Source: Minisyncoccota bacterium
Lineage (GTDB): Bacteria > Patescibacteriota > Minisyncoccia > Minisyncoccales > GWA2-38-27
Assembly: GCA_028687715.1 (NCBI GenBank)
Contig: JAQTZP010000001.1
Location: 103,876 to 167,875 of the forward strand
Direction: 5' to 3'
DNA: 64,000 bases
Below, one piece after another: positions 46,456-58,066 of the stretch. Below the pieces are notes generated by a model. It saw only the letters and a list, made by a program, of their open reading frames with translations, was not told the DNA's origin and searched no databases. The translations under genes were made by a program, and so were the position numbers. Each line of letters opens with the position of its first letter. The stretch's first letter is position 1.

Positions 46456-46527
46456 GCCACTTTAGCTCAGCGGCAGAGCAACTGTTTTGTAAACAGTAGG
46501 TCCCCGGTTCGAATCCGGGAGGTGGCT
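46456..46527 (+). tRNA. tRNA-Thr (anticodon UGU)
   Basis: Hand-folded. Acceptor GCCACTT/AGGTGGC, anticodon arm ACTGT-TTTGTAA-ACAGT, T arm CCCGG-TTCGAAT-CCGGG. Confidence 0.9.
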
Positions 46528-46534
46528 CAGGGTG

Positions 46535-46562
46535 TTGACAAGAATTTTCAAAGAAGTAAGAT
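46535..46562 (+). promoter_or_regulatory. 16S rRNA promoter TTGACA-N16-TAAGAT
   Basis: Hexamers and spacing are identical to the 23S promoter at 50936. Confidence 0.65.
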
Positions 46563-46751
46563 AGAGATATAAAATAAATATATCAAAAATGATCTGTTAG
46601 AAGACAAAAATCAAAGAGAATTTAATGAAAAAATCAGGATTTGTCTTCCTGATTTTGTTTTAGAAAGAACCTTGAAAATTAAATAAAAACTGGTCAACTT
46701 TTTAAAGTTGTCCTGACTATTTCTTTTTTTAAGTTTTTTTAAAACTTAAAT

Positions 46752-48738
<1,987 letters not shown>

Positions 48739-48883
48739 TTTTTTTGAGTGTCGGCTAAGATTGATTTTTGAGAATTCTGAAATCAATTTTAAGGGTGTTT
48801 ATCGCCAACCTTTAAATAGCGATAATAGTCAGGGCAGCTTTAAGAAGTTGAAGAAAATAAGGCCTTTTTGAGGCTTTATTTTT

Positions 48884-48912
48884 TTGACATAGCTCTTTTT
48901 TCTTGATAAAAT
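48884..48912 (+). promoter_or_regulatory. Promoter upstream of tRNA-Ile (TTGACA-N17-TAAAAT with TGn)
   Basis: Read directly from the sequence; lies about 20 nt upstream of the tRNA. Confidence 0.6.
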
Positions 48913-48933
48913 CCTTACAAGAATTAAAATTTA

Positions 48934-49005
48934 GGGCGTGTAGTTCAGTGGTAGAACGCTGTCCTGATAAGACAGAGGCCGATGGTTCAATTCCATCCAC
49001 GCCCA
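48934..49005 (+). tRNA. tRNA-Ile (anticodon GAU)
   Basis: Acceptor GGGCGTG/CACGCCC, anticodon arm CTGTC-CTGATAA-GACAG, T arm GATGG-TTCAATT-CCATC. Confidence 0.9.
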
Positions 49006-49035
49006 CACATAATTAAATTAAGTATTTATAATAAA

Positions 49036-49491
49036 ATGACTGATAATTACATTACTCCTGAAGGATTGGAGGAATTAAAAAAAGAATTAAATTATTTAAA
49101 TACAGAAAAAACTAAAGAGATTGCGGATTTAATAAAACATACCGCTTCTTTCGGCGATTTAAAAGAGAATTTTGCCTATCATGATGCTAAAGAAAAACAG
49201 GCATTTCTTCAGAAAAGAATCTTGGAACTTAAAGACAGAATAAGAAACGCTAAGATTATTGAAAAAAAGAAAAGCAATGTTATAGAAATAGGCTCTGATG
49301 TCTTAATAGATTTTGACGGCAAAAAACAAAAGATTACAATTGTAGGCTCTGAACAGGCAGACCCTATAAAAGGAAGGATTTCTTATGAATCTCCATTAGG
49401 ACAGGCTATTTTAACAAAATCAAAAGGAGATAAGGTAAAGATTGATATAAATGGAGAAAAGATTGAATGCAAGATTATTAAAATTGAATAA
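49036..49491 (+). CDS. greA: Transcription elongation factor GreA
   Basis: ITPEGLEELKKEL..., DLKENFAYHDAKE, ISYESPLGQAIL. Start at MTDNY; the track start overlaps the tRNA. Confidence 0.9.
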   Translation: MTDNYITPEGLEELKKELNYLNTEKTKEIADLIKHTASFGDLKENFAYHDAKEKQAFLQKRILELKDRIRNAKIIEKKKSNVIEIGSDVLIDFDGKKQKITIVGSEQADPIKGRISYESPLGQAILTKSKGDKVKIDINGEKIECKIIKIE

Positions 49492-49516
49492 TGATAGGAC
49501 AAATTAATGTCCTACT

Positions 49517-49588
49517 GGGCCCTTAGTTCAGTGGTAGAACGCCTCATTTGCAATGAGGAGATCGCCGGTTCGAGTCCGGCAGGGTCCA
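49517..49588 (+). tRNA. tRNA-Ala (anticodon UGC)
   Basis: Acceptor GGGCCCT/AGGGTCC with the G3:U70 identity pair. Anticodon arm CCTCA-TTTGCAA-TGAGG. Confidence 0.9.
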
Positions 49589-49590
49589 TT

Positions 49591-50088
49591 ATGAATCAAA
49601 CAGAAATATCAGCGATAAAATATGATTTAATCAGAATAGCTGTATTATTGGGAATTTCTATTTTAGCCCCTTTATTCCACCAGCAGCATATAACAGGCTC
49701 TATTGTTAATGCTGTTTTATTTATCTCAGTTATTGTGCTTGGAGTTCAAAAAGCTGTTATAATAGGTTTAATTCCAAGCCTGGTTTCATTATCAATAGGG
49801 TTTTTGCCAGTGATTCTATTTCCTATGATTCCTTTCATTATGATATCAAATGTTATTTTAATTCTAACTTTTGATTATCTAAAAAAGAACTTTATTATAG
49901 GAGTAATATCAGCCAGTATTTTAAAGTTTCTATTCCTTTATTTTTCCAGCGATTTAGTAATTAAAATGATTATCAAAAAAGAGCTTGCTTTATCTGTCTC
50001 TTCAATGATGAGCTGGCCTCAGCTTTTTACCGCTTTAAGCGGAGGCATAATTGCTTATTTATTTCTAAAAACAACTAAAAGAATCTAA
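49591..50088 (+). CDS. Polytopic membrane protein (possibly a vitamin or precursor transporter S-component type)
   Basis: 165 aa with 5 TM helices. Start at MNQTE, directly after tRNA-Ala. Confidence 0.45.
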   Translation: MNQTEISAIKYDLIRIAVLLGISILAPLFHQQHITGSIVNAVLFISVIVLGVQKAVIIGLIPSLVSLSIGFLPVILFPMIPFIMISNVILILTFDYLKKNFIIGVISASILKFLFLYFSSDLVIKMIIKKELALSVSSMMSWPQLFTALSGGIIAYLFLKTTKRI

Positions 50089-50187
50089 AAGAGTTATCCA
50101 CAGGATAGCTCTTTTTTCTTGACATTTATTTATGGTATATTTAATAAAAGGTCGGAAACACTATAAAAGCTTAAACTAAGAAAAAAT

Positions 50188-50868
50188 ATGGAAGTATTTG
50201 ATTGGTATACGACTACTGTTAACTCATTGATGGATTTATGGGGCGGCTTTATTGAGTTTGTTCCCAGACTTATCGGCGCTTTAGTCATATTTATAATCGG
50301 CTGGTTTATCTCGGTAATTATTGGAAAAATAGTAGCAGAGGTTTTAAAGAGAATAAAGTTTAATAAGATTTTTGAAAAAGGAGATATAAAAGGAGCGCTT
50401 GATAGAGCAGAATTAAAGGTTGATGCCTCAAGCTTTGTTGGAGCAATTATTAAATGGATTTTAGTAATTGTCTTTTTATCAGCAACAGTAGAGGTCTTAG
50501 GCCTTGTTCAATTCGCTTCGTTTTTAAACGACGTATTAAGCTATCTTCCTAACGTAGTGGTTGCTGTATTGATATTTGTGGTAACAGTAATTATTACTGA
50601 TATTACTGAGAAATTAGTTCGAGCCGCACTAGAAAGCACAAAAATAGGTCATGCTAGCTGGGGCGGAGCCATTGCAAAATGGTCTATTTGGGTTTTCGCC
50701 ATATTCGCTATTTTGTATCAATTACAGATAGCTCCGGGCTTAATCCAAACCCTGCTTCAAGGAATAGTGGGCTTATTGGTTGTGTCATTCGGCCTTGCAT
50801 TCGGTTTAGGCGGAAAGGATGTAGCAGCTGAGATTCTTGGGAATTTAAAGAAAAAACTGCAAAGGTAA
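50188..50868 (+). CDS. TM-helix-repeat / mechanosensitive-channel-related membrane protein
   Basis: Repeated amphipathic TM segments (FVPRLIGALVIFIIGWFIS.., LPNVVVAVLIFVVTVII.). Confidence 0.5.
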   Translation: MEVFDWYTTTVNSLMDLWGGFIEFVPRLIGALVIFIIGWFISVIIGKIVAEVLKRIKFNKIFEKGDIKGALDRAELKVDASSFVGAIIKWILVIVFLSATVEVLGLVQFASFLNDVLSYLPNVVVAVLIFVVTVIITDITEKLVRAALESTKIGHASWGGAIAKWSIWVFAIFAILYQLQIAPGLIQTLLQGIVGLLVVSFGLAFGLGGKDVAAEILGNLKKKLQR

Positions 50869-50890
50869 TATTATTCTGAAAAAGTATAAA

Positions 50891-50928
50891 ACAACAGACT
50901 TTAACATCTTGTTAGAGTCTGTTTTGTT
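50891..50928 (+). terminator. Rho-independent terminator
   Basis: AACAGACT / AGTCTGTT followed by TTGTT. Confidence 0.6.
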
Positions 50929-50935
50929 AACTGCC

Positions 50936-50963
50936 TTGACAAAGATATCTGGTTTGTTAAGAT
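50936..50963 (+). promoter_or_regulatory. 23S rRNA promoter TTGACA-N16-TAAGAT
   Basis: Same hexamers and spacing as the 16S promoter. Confidence 0.65.
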
Positions 50964-51752
50964 TGAGGTAATAAGATATGAGATTAGTTGCAAAAACAAG
51001 AAATCGTAAAAACAAAGGAAGCGGATAACTTTTTGTTTTGTTTTATTGACTTGTATAGCAGCCGCTTCCAGAACGGCTGTTTTGTTTAACTAATCCATGG
51101 GAATGACAAGAAAGTTCATTGAAAATTTATTTCAATTATTAATTGTTAGCCAATTAATTTGAGACAATTTTTATGGGCAGATGGTGGATGCCTTGGGATA
51201 TCGAGGCGATGAAGGACGTGGCGTGGCTGCGATAAGCCTCGGGGAGGTGCTTAGCAACCTATGATCCGGGGATTTCCGAATGGGGAAACCCAGCACTATT
51301 AAAACAGTGTTGCGCGCAGTAATGCGCGAGCGAACCCGCTGAAGTGAAACATCTCAGTAAGCGGAGGAAAAGATAAAAAGGGAGAATCTCTAATAAGTTT
51401 CAAACTCTGTTTGAGAAAATTAGCGATTCTTTAATTTCCTTAGTAGCGGCGAGCGAAAAGGAAGAAGCTCAAACCCGGCTGCACTTCGGTGCGGCTGGGG
51501 GTTGTAAGGGGGTAGCGTCAGGAGCATCCTTTACTTTAAAGAAATTTAAAGTGAAGGATTCTTGCTGAGGGAGAACATTTAGGTAAAGTTTGTTTAAAAG
51601 AATCATTCTGGAAAGATGAACCATAGAGGGTAATAGCCCCGTATTTAAAAAACACTTTACGCTCCTTGTTATCTTTCTTGAGTACCTCGGGAAACGAAAA
51701 CCCTGAGGGAAACAGGCTGAACTAATCAGCCAAAGCTAAATACTACGATATC

Positions 51753-51791
<39 letters not shown>

Positions 51792-53582
51792 CAGGGATGT
51801 GATCCCGGTGAAATAGAACCTGAAACCATTTTGCCTACAAGGAGGCAGAGCGCAGAGCGTTTTGTTTCGAACTTTTCAGTTCGTGATAAAACGCTCTGCG
51901 TGATGCTGTGCCTATTGAAGAATGAGCCAACGAGTTTCAGCCTCAGTTTTGTTTAAGCCCTTACAGGGCGCAAGCATAGGGAAACCAAGTGTTAAAAGCG
52001 CGAATATTGAACTGAAGCTGAAGACCCGAAGCCAGACGAGCTTACCATGGCCAGGGTGAATCTTGATGAAAATCAAGAGGAGGCCCGAACCCGTGAGCCG
52101 TGCAATACTCTGGGATGAGCTGTGGTAAGGAGTGAAAAGCTAATCGAGTCTGGTAATAGCTGGTTCTCCCCGAAATAGCTTTAGGGCTAGCGTCGGTTTT
52201 ATTAAAATTGGAGGTAGAGCACTGAATGGAATTACGTGGATTTATCCAGTCTTTCCAATCAAACTCCGAATGCCAATTTTTTACACCGGCAGTCAGACTG
52301 TGGGGGCTAAGCTCCATGGTCTAAAGGAAAAGAGTCCAGATCTTCATCTAAGGTCCCTAAACTAAGCTAAGTGTTTTTAAGGAAGTAAAATTCCAGTGAT
52401 AGATAGGAGGTTAGCTTAGAAGCAGCTATCCTTTAAAAAGTGCGTAACAGCTTACTATTTAAGGAATTTTGCGTCGAAGATTTACGGGACTAAAGCTTAG
52501 TACCGAAGATAAGGCCTTTCATTTTATTTATAATTTGGAAGGGGTAGGGGAGCATCCTTCATTCTGCGAAGGTCAGTTGCGAAGCTGGCTGGAGGATGAA
52601 GGAGAGAGAATGTTGGCATGAGTAACCACAATGGACGTGAAAGTCGTCCACACCGTTAGCCTAAGGTTTCCTTGGCAATGACAATCAGCCAAGGGTTAGG
52701 CGGGCCTAAGAGAAAGCCGAAAGGCGTACTCGATGGACAGCCGGTTAATATTCCGGCCCTCTGATTTTACTTTTCTTAAAATGACAAAGAGCAGTAGTTT
52801 TTACGTATTATTGGATTTACGTTTGCAATATAAGGAGCAATCCAAGTGTTGTGAAAATCTTTTTCCACGGAAGAAGAAATTTAAATGAGCGCTCTTTCTA
52901 GAAAAGTTTTAAGAAAGTTATAGTAAGATTGGATCCGTACCGCAAACCGACACAGGTAGGCAGGCATAAGTGTGCCAAGGTGAACGGGTGAAAGCTCCTG
53001 AAGGAACTCGGCAAAAAAGCAGACGTAACTTCGGGATATGTCTTTCCCGAGAGCGCAAGCTTATCGGGACGCAGTGAAAGTCCCCCTAGCGACTGTTTAT
53101 CAAAAACACAGGTCCCTGCTAAACTCGTAAGAGGATGTATAGGGGCTGAGGCCTGACCAGTGCTGGAACGTCAAAAGTGCCGGTATTTGCCGCAAGGTGA
53201 ATGCTGAGTGCTTGAAGCGCCAGTAAACGTCGGCGATAACCATAATCGTCCAAAGGTAGCGTAATCCCTTGCCGTGTAAGTTACGGCCCGCATGAAAGGC
53301 TTAACGACTAGGGGACTGTCTCCAGGAGTTGCCCGGTGAAAATGCAGTACCGGTAAAGATGCCGGTTACCTGCGGCTAGACGGAAAGACCCCGGGAGCTT
53401 TACTGTAGCCTAATATTGAATTTTGATCTTGAATGCGTAGCGTAGGTGGGAGACTTTGAAATCCGCTTTTCGGGGCGGATGGAGTCGCCAATGAAACACC
53501 ACTCTTTTTAGGTCTTTATTCTAACTTTAGCGTTTTGCTAAAAGACAGTGTTTGGCGGTCAGTTTAAGTGGGGCACTTGCCT

Positions 53583-54344
53583 TAACTAATCTTGTAAAAA
53601 TAAAACGCGTTACAAGATGGGGCCGTTTTAGAGTAATCTAAAATGTAAAACTCGACTAATATGCTGGAACAACCGAGTATCTAAAAGTACTTAATTTTAG
53701 TATAATTAAGTAATAATCTTTTAGTGCGGTCAATCAGCAGGGAATTGTTTAAGAATTAAAAATTAAACAAGCCCTCAACGACTGCATGTCGAGTTCCTGA
53801 TATGAATATATAAATCAGGAAAGTGATACAGTCTGAACTTTATGGCGACATAAAGATTTGGTAATGTTAGCCTATTATAGTGCTCGCTAACTAATCCAAA
53901 ACTTAAAACTCTAATTTATGAAAAGTATAATAATTGAGGATTATAAAAATAAACTTTCTTTTAGCAAAAGACTTGGAAAAATTTTAGGAGATGGACATTT
54001 AGAAAAATTATATACTCCAGGACAAGGACGTTTAAAAGTAGAACATAGCTATAAACAGAAAGAAAAAGAATATGTAGATTGGTTTTATAAAGAATTTAAG
54101 AATTGGGTTCGCACAGAACCAAAACAGAAAATAAAGAAAGTTTGGGGTAAAATTCATAGTAATTATGGATTTTCTACTTATGGTCATAGATTATTAGGAA
54201 ATTTTCATAAAGATTTTTATCAGGATAGAAAAACAGATATATTTAGGAGGGAAATCAGGTGAAAAATTTATTAAAATAATTAATCCTTTTATAATTCCCT
54301 CTATGAGGTATAAAATTTCAAGAGTTTTAAGGTTAACAGAATTG
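53583..54344 (+). mobile_element. Group I intron 1, about 10 nt 3' of the P-loop GGGGC
   Basis: The exon ends in T (..CACTTGCCT) and the intron ends in G (..GAATTG). The ligated exons restore the helix GCCTCC-TAAAGAGTAAT-GGAGGC. Core-like elements CAACGACTG and GATACAGTCT. Confidence 0.8.
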
Positions 54345-54356
54345 CCTAAAGAGTAA
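53918..54356 (+). pseudogene. Decayed LAGLIDADG homing endonuclease gene
   Basis: The first motif LGKILGDGHL is present. The ORF stops at 54262. The second LAGLIDADG block is missing. The C-terminal homology (EKFIKIINPFIIPSMRYKI) resumes in the +1 frame and runs into the exon. Confidence 0.7.
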
Positions 54357-54532
54357 TGGAGGCGTTTATAAGGTCGGCTAGCTCCGGATGGAAATCGGAG
54401 CGATAGGATAAAGCCATAAGCCGGCTTTACTGCAAGACGGATATGTCGCGCAGTTGGGAAACCAGAACTTAGTGAACCGACGGATTTTTATAGAAAATCC
54501 GAAGATCATCAGACAAAAGTTACCCCGGGGAT

Positions 54533-55421
54533 AAACTCTGAAAAAAGAGTTTGTTGTCCAACCTACCTGAGAAGGTAGGAGTCTTAAAAATTAATTTTTA
54601 AGACATGTACGGCTTATAACGGTGAACCAAAAACAGGTCTTCCCTAAATGGGTTTTGAGTTTTTGGAATACCGTGGGAAGTCGGAAAGAATAATCTAAAT
54701 TTATGATTAATTTATCTAAAGAACAAAAATCTGTTCTGTTAGGAACAATCATTGGTGATGGATATCTTCAGAAAACAGGAAAACTTAACGCAAGATTAAG
54801 ATTAGAACATGGATATAAACAGAAAGAATATCTTCTATGGAAAATAAAAATGTTAGGATATTTGTTTCAGGGAAAACCAAAGTATCTAGAAAGAATTCAT
54901 CCCATAACAAAAAGGAAACATAGATATTGGCGTCATCAGTCTCAATCTACGCCTTATTTAGGTAAATTAAGAAAGGTTTTCTATCCCAAAGAAAAGAAAG
55001 AAATTCCAGAAAACTTTGGAAAATATATTACACCGTTAATGTTAGCGGTATGGTATATGGATGACGGCTATTATTATAAAAGGGATAGATGCAGTTATCT
55101 TTATCTAGGAAACGTGAATAAAAAAGAAGCTGATATTGTATCTAAGACAATACTTAATAAATTTAAGATTGAAACAAAGATAAAAGAGAGAAAGAAAGGA
55201 TATGCGATTTATTTTTCTCCCTCTGAATCTCAAAAATTAAAATTATTGATAAAAAATTATATTATTAATTATTTTAATTATAAAATTCCTTCTTGACCCC
55301 GTAACGACTTGTCTATTTTTAGACAGAGTAGGGTATTAATTGAAACCTTGCTAAAACGCCGTCTCCAGCCCATATTATTTATATGGCTGGATGAAGATAT
55401 AGTCTAATCTTAAAAAGATTG
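54533..55421 (+). mobile_element. Group I intron 2 at GGGGAT|AACAGGCT, which from memory is the site class of the yeast mitochondrial omega (I-SceI) intron
   Basis: The exon ends in T and the intron ends in G (..AAGATTG). Contains AAGATATAGTC, which from memory resembles a group I core element near P7, and CCCCGTAACGACT. Confidence 0.85.
54703..55296 (+). CDS. LAGLIDADG homing endonuclease (intact, double-motif)
   Basis: LLGTIIGDGYL and LAVWYMDDGYY. Confidence 0.85.
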   Translation: MINLSKEQKSVLLGTIIGDGYLQKTGKLNARLRLEHGYKQKEYLLWKIKMLGYLFQGKPKYLERIHPITKRKHRYWRHQSQSTPYLGKLRKVFYPKEKKEIPENFGKYITPLMLAVWYMDDGYYYKRDRCSYLYLGNVNKKEADIVSKTILNKFKIETKIKERKKGYAIYFSPSESQKLKLLIKNYIINYFNYKIPS

Positions 55422-55483
55422 AACAGGCTAGTAGAGCCCGAGAGTTCACATCAACGGCTCTGTTCGGCACCTCGATGTCGGCT

Positions 55484-56326
55484 AAAATGATTGGCCGCTT
55501 TCCGAGTAATCGGAATGACAAAATTCAGCTAATAACGGTGAAATCCATTGTTTATTTCGGCTCATAATGTTATTGTAAAATAATGGACAATACCGTGGGA
55601 AGTCAAAAAAAAATAAATTCAAAACAAAAAAGATTATTAATAGGAACTCTATTAGGTGATGGAACTTTAGAATTAAATGGTCGATATGCACGTTTAAGGA
55701 TAAACCACAGTTTAAAGCAGAAAACTTATGTCGAATGGAAGCATAAATTACTTTATAAATTAGCAGCACGAGATAGAATTGTTTGTTTTTCTAGAAATGC
55801 AGATTTAAGAACAAATAAAACGTATTATTTTTGCAGATTCGATACTAACACTAATTTTCTGTTAGATAGATTTTATAAAATCTTCTATGTTAATGGTAAA
55901 AAAAGAGTGCCTAATAACATAATCAAAGTTTTGAATGATCCTTTATCTTTAGCAGTATGGTTTATGGATGACGGATATAAAAGAAATGACTGTAATTCGT
56001 TAAGAATTAGTACTGATGCGTTTACTTTTAAAGAACAAATTTTACTTAAGAATTGTTTGAAAGAAAACTTTAATATAGATTGTAAAATTCATAGAAAAGG
56101 GAAATACTGGAATATTTATATTCCTAGTTTAGAAGCAAAAAAATTCTCTAGAATAATAAAACCTTATATTATTCCTGAGATGAAGTACAAAATTTTGACC
56201 CCGTAACGACTGAGGTTTAAACCAAGATGGTGGTGAATAAATTACCCATCATAATACGCTGACTCCCATTATTAAATGGGAAGATGATATAGTCTACACT
56301 TCAAGTAATTGAAGACTGATAATGTG
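55484..56326 (+). mobile_element. Group I intron 3 at GATGTCGGCT|CATCACATCC (peptidyl-transferase-centre region)
   Basis: The exon ends in T and the intron ends in G (..TAATGTG). It shares AATACCGTGGGAAGTC, TAACGGTGAA, CCCCGTAACGACT and GATATAGTCT with intron 2. Confidence 0.85.
55583..56206 (+). CDS. LAGLIDADG homing endonuclease (intact, double-motif)
   Basis: LIGTLLGDGTL and LAVWFMDDGYK; paralogue of the intron 2 enzyme. Confidence 0.85.
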   Translation: MDNTVGSQKKINSKQKRLLIGTLLGDGTLELNGRYARLRINHSLKQKTYVEWKHKLLYKLAARDRIVCFSRNADLRTNKTYYFCRFDTNTNFLLDRFYKIFYVNGKKRVPNNIIKVLNDPLSLAVWFMDDGYKRNDCNSLRISTDAFTFKEQILLKNCLKENFNIDCKIHRKGKYWNIYIPSLEAKKFSRIIKPYIIPEMKYKILTP

Positions 56327-56401
56327 CATCACATCCTGGGGGTGGAGCCGCTCCCAAGGGTTTGGCTGTTCGCCAATTAAAGTGGTACGTGAGCTGGGTT
56401 C

Positions 56402-56432
<31 letters not shown>

Positions 56433-56750
56433 ACCGCAGGCGTTTGAGTCTTGAGAGGAGTTCCAGATAGTACGAGAGGACCTCTGGGAACTGACCTCTG
56501 GTCTACCAGTTGTTTTGCCAAAAGCATCGCTGGGTAGCTAAGTCGGGAAGGGATAAGCGCTGAAAGCATATAAGCGCGAAGCCTACCTCAAGATTAGGAC
56601 TCTTAGATTTCTCGAAGACTACGAGATTGATAGGCTGCAGGTGAAAGGGCAGTAATGCCTTGAGCCGAGCAGTACTAATAAATCGATTATTTTTCTCAAA
56701 TAAAATTGGCTGACAATTAATGATTGGAATAATACGATATTAAAGATATT

Positions 56751-56860
56751 ATAAGGGGGCTATGCCGAGAGTGCTCCACCCGTTCCCATACCGAACACGG
56801 AAGTGAAATCTCTCATGGCCGATGATAGTGCTTTAGCGCGAAAGTAGGTAGCTCTCTTAT
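56751..56860 (+). rRNA. rrf: 5S rRNA
   Basis: CCACCCGTTCCCATACCGAACACGGAAGT. The terminal helix ATAAGGGGGC/GCTCTCTTAT closes the molecule. Confidence 0.9.
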
Positions 56861-56877
56861 AATGTCTTTAATATCAA

Positions 56878-56902
56878 AAAGCGCTTAATTAAAGCGTTTT
56901 TT
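56878..56902 (+). terminator. rRNA operon terminator
   Basis: AAGCGCTT-AATT-AAAGCG followed by TTTTTT. Confidence 0.65.
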
Positions 56903-56954
56903 ATTTCCTCTTGATGCCTTGCTGTTTAAGATGTAGAATAGGCTAATAAATATT

Positions 56955-57746
56955 ATGTTAGACTTTTATAATAAAAATAAATATCTGATAACAATACTAT
57001 TTCTGGTATTAATCATAATCCTATTTAATCTTTATCAGAAAGAAATTAAAGCTTTATTTTATTCAATTTCTTCTCCTATCCAAAAGACTTTCTGGAAAAT
57101 AGGGGATTCTTTTTCAGGGTTTTTCGAATCAGCGATGACAATAAAAGAACAGAGAATCAATGAACAAAGAGTTATATCCGAGAACCAAAAACTATTGGCT
57201 GAAATAATTGCCTTAAAGAGTCTTGAAAAGGAAAATGAAGCTTTAAGATATGCTTTAGGCATAGAACTTAAAAAAGATTATGATAAGCTAATACTTGCCC
57301 AAATAATAAGCAAAGACCCTTCAGATGACTATATTCTGATAGACAAAGGTTCAAAAGAAGGCGTCTTAAAGGATATGCCGGTTATTACAAAAGAAAAGAT
57401 TATCGTTGGGAGAGCAGAAGAGATCTATGATAGTTTCTCAAAAATAATGCTTATATCAAATAAAAAAAGCTCCTTTGATATTAATATTTATGACAAAGAT
57501 ATCTCAGGCATAGCAAAAGGAACAGGCAGTTTTAATCTATTTATAGATCTTTTGCCCCGGGATAAAGAAGTATTAATCGATGATATTGTTATTACCAGCA
57601 GTTTTGGAGGAGTGTACCCCAGCGGTTTAATAGTTGGAGAAATAACAAAGATTAAAAAGAATGATATTGAATCTGTTCAGCAGGCTGAAATAAACCTTGC
57701 CTTTGACATCAAAAACATAGATTATTTATTTGTTATAGGAAATTAA
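56955..57746 (+). CDS. mreC: Rod shape-determining protein MreC
   Basis: N-terminal TM, coiled coil (ENQKLLAEIIALKSLEKENEALR) and a beta-rich C-terminus; followed by an mreD-like gene and PBP2. Confidence 0.8.
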   Translation: MLDFYNKNKYLITILFLVLIIILFNLYQKEIKALFYSISSPIQKTFWKIGDSFSGFFESAMTIKEQRINEQRVISENQKLLAEIIALKSLEKENEALRYALGIELKKDYDKLILAQIISKDPSDDYILIDKGSKEGVLKDMPVITKEKIIVGRAEEIYDSFSKIMLISNKKSSFDINIYDKDISGIAKGTGSFNLFIDLLPRDKEVLIDDIVITSSFGGVYPSGLIVGEITKIKKNDIESVQQAEINLAFDIKNIDYLFVIGN

Positions 57747-57748
57747 AT

Positions 57749-58066
57749 ATGAACTTTTTAAAGGGATTATCTTTTATTCTTCTTTTTTATCTTTTAGCTT
57801 TATTAGAAACCACCTTTTTAGTTTTCTTTAATATCTTTGGGGTTACTCTGAATTTGATTTTAATAATCGTGATGTTGTGGAATATCTTTGAAAGTTCAAA
57901 AAGCTTTTTTGGGCTGTATCTTGCATTTATCGGAGGATTCTTTTTGGACGTTTTCTCAAGCAGTTCTTTTTTCAGCTATAATATCTTGCTCTTTTTAATT
58001 ATTAGTTTTGTTATAAAAATGGTAATCAAAGATTATGTTCGAATTCCATTTGCCCAAGAATCTTAA
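57749..58066 (+). CDS. mreD: MreD-like small membrane protein
   Basis: 105 aa with 3-4 TM helices; sits between mreC and mrdA. Confidence 0.5.
   Translation: MNFLKGLSFILLFYLLALLETTFLVFFNIFGVTLNLILIIVMLWNIFESSKSFFGLYLAFIGGFFLDVFSSSSFFSYNILLFLIISFVIKMVIKDYVRIPFAQES

Noticed and set aside
48982-49590. Track starts of ORF 48982 and ORF 49507, which extend over tRNA-Ile and tRNA-Ala
   Set aside because: The N-terminal extensions are translations of the tRNA genes. The true starts were taken at 49036 (greA, MTDNY) and 49591 (MNQTE).
52042-52317. ORF 52042-52317 (-) and ORF 56294-56569 (-) inside the 23S
   Set aside because: They are antisense to conserved 23S exons and are not protein-like.
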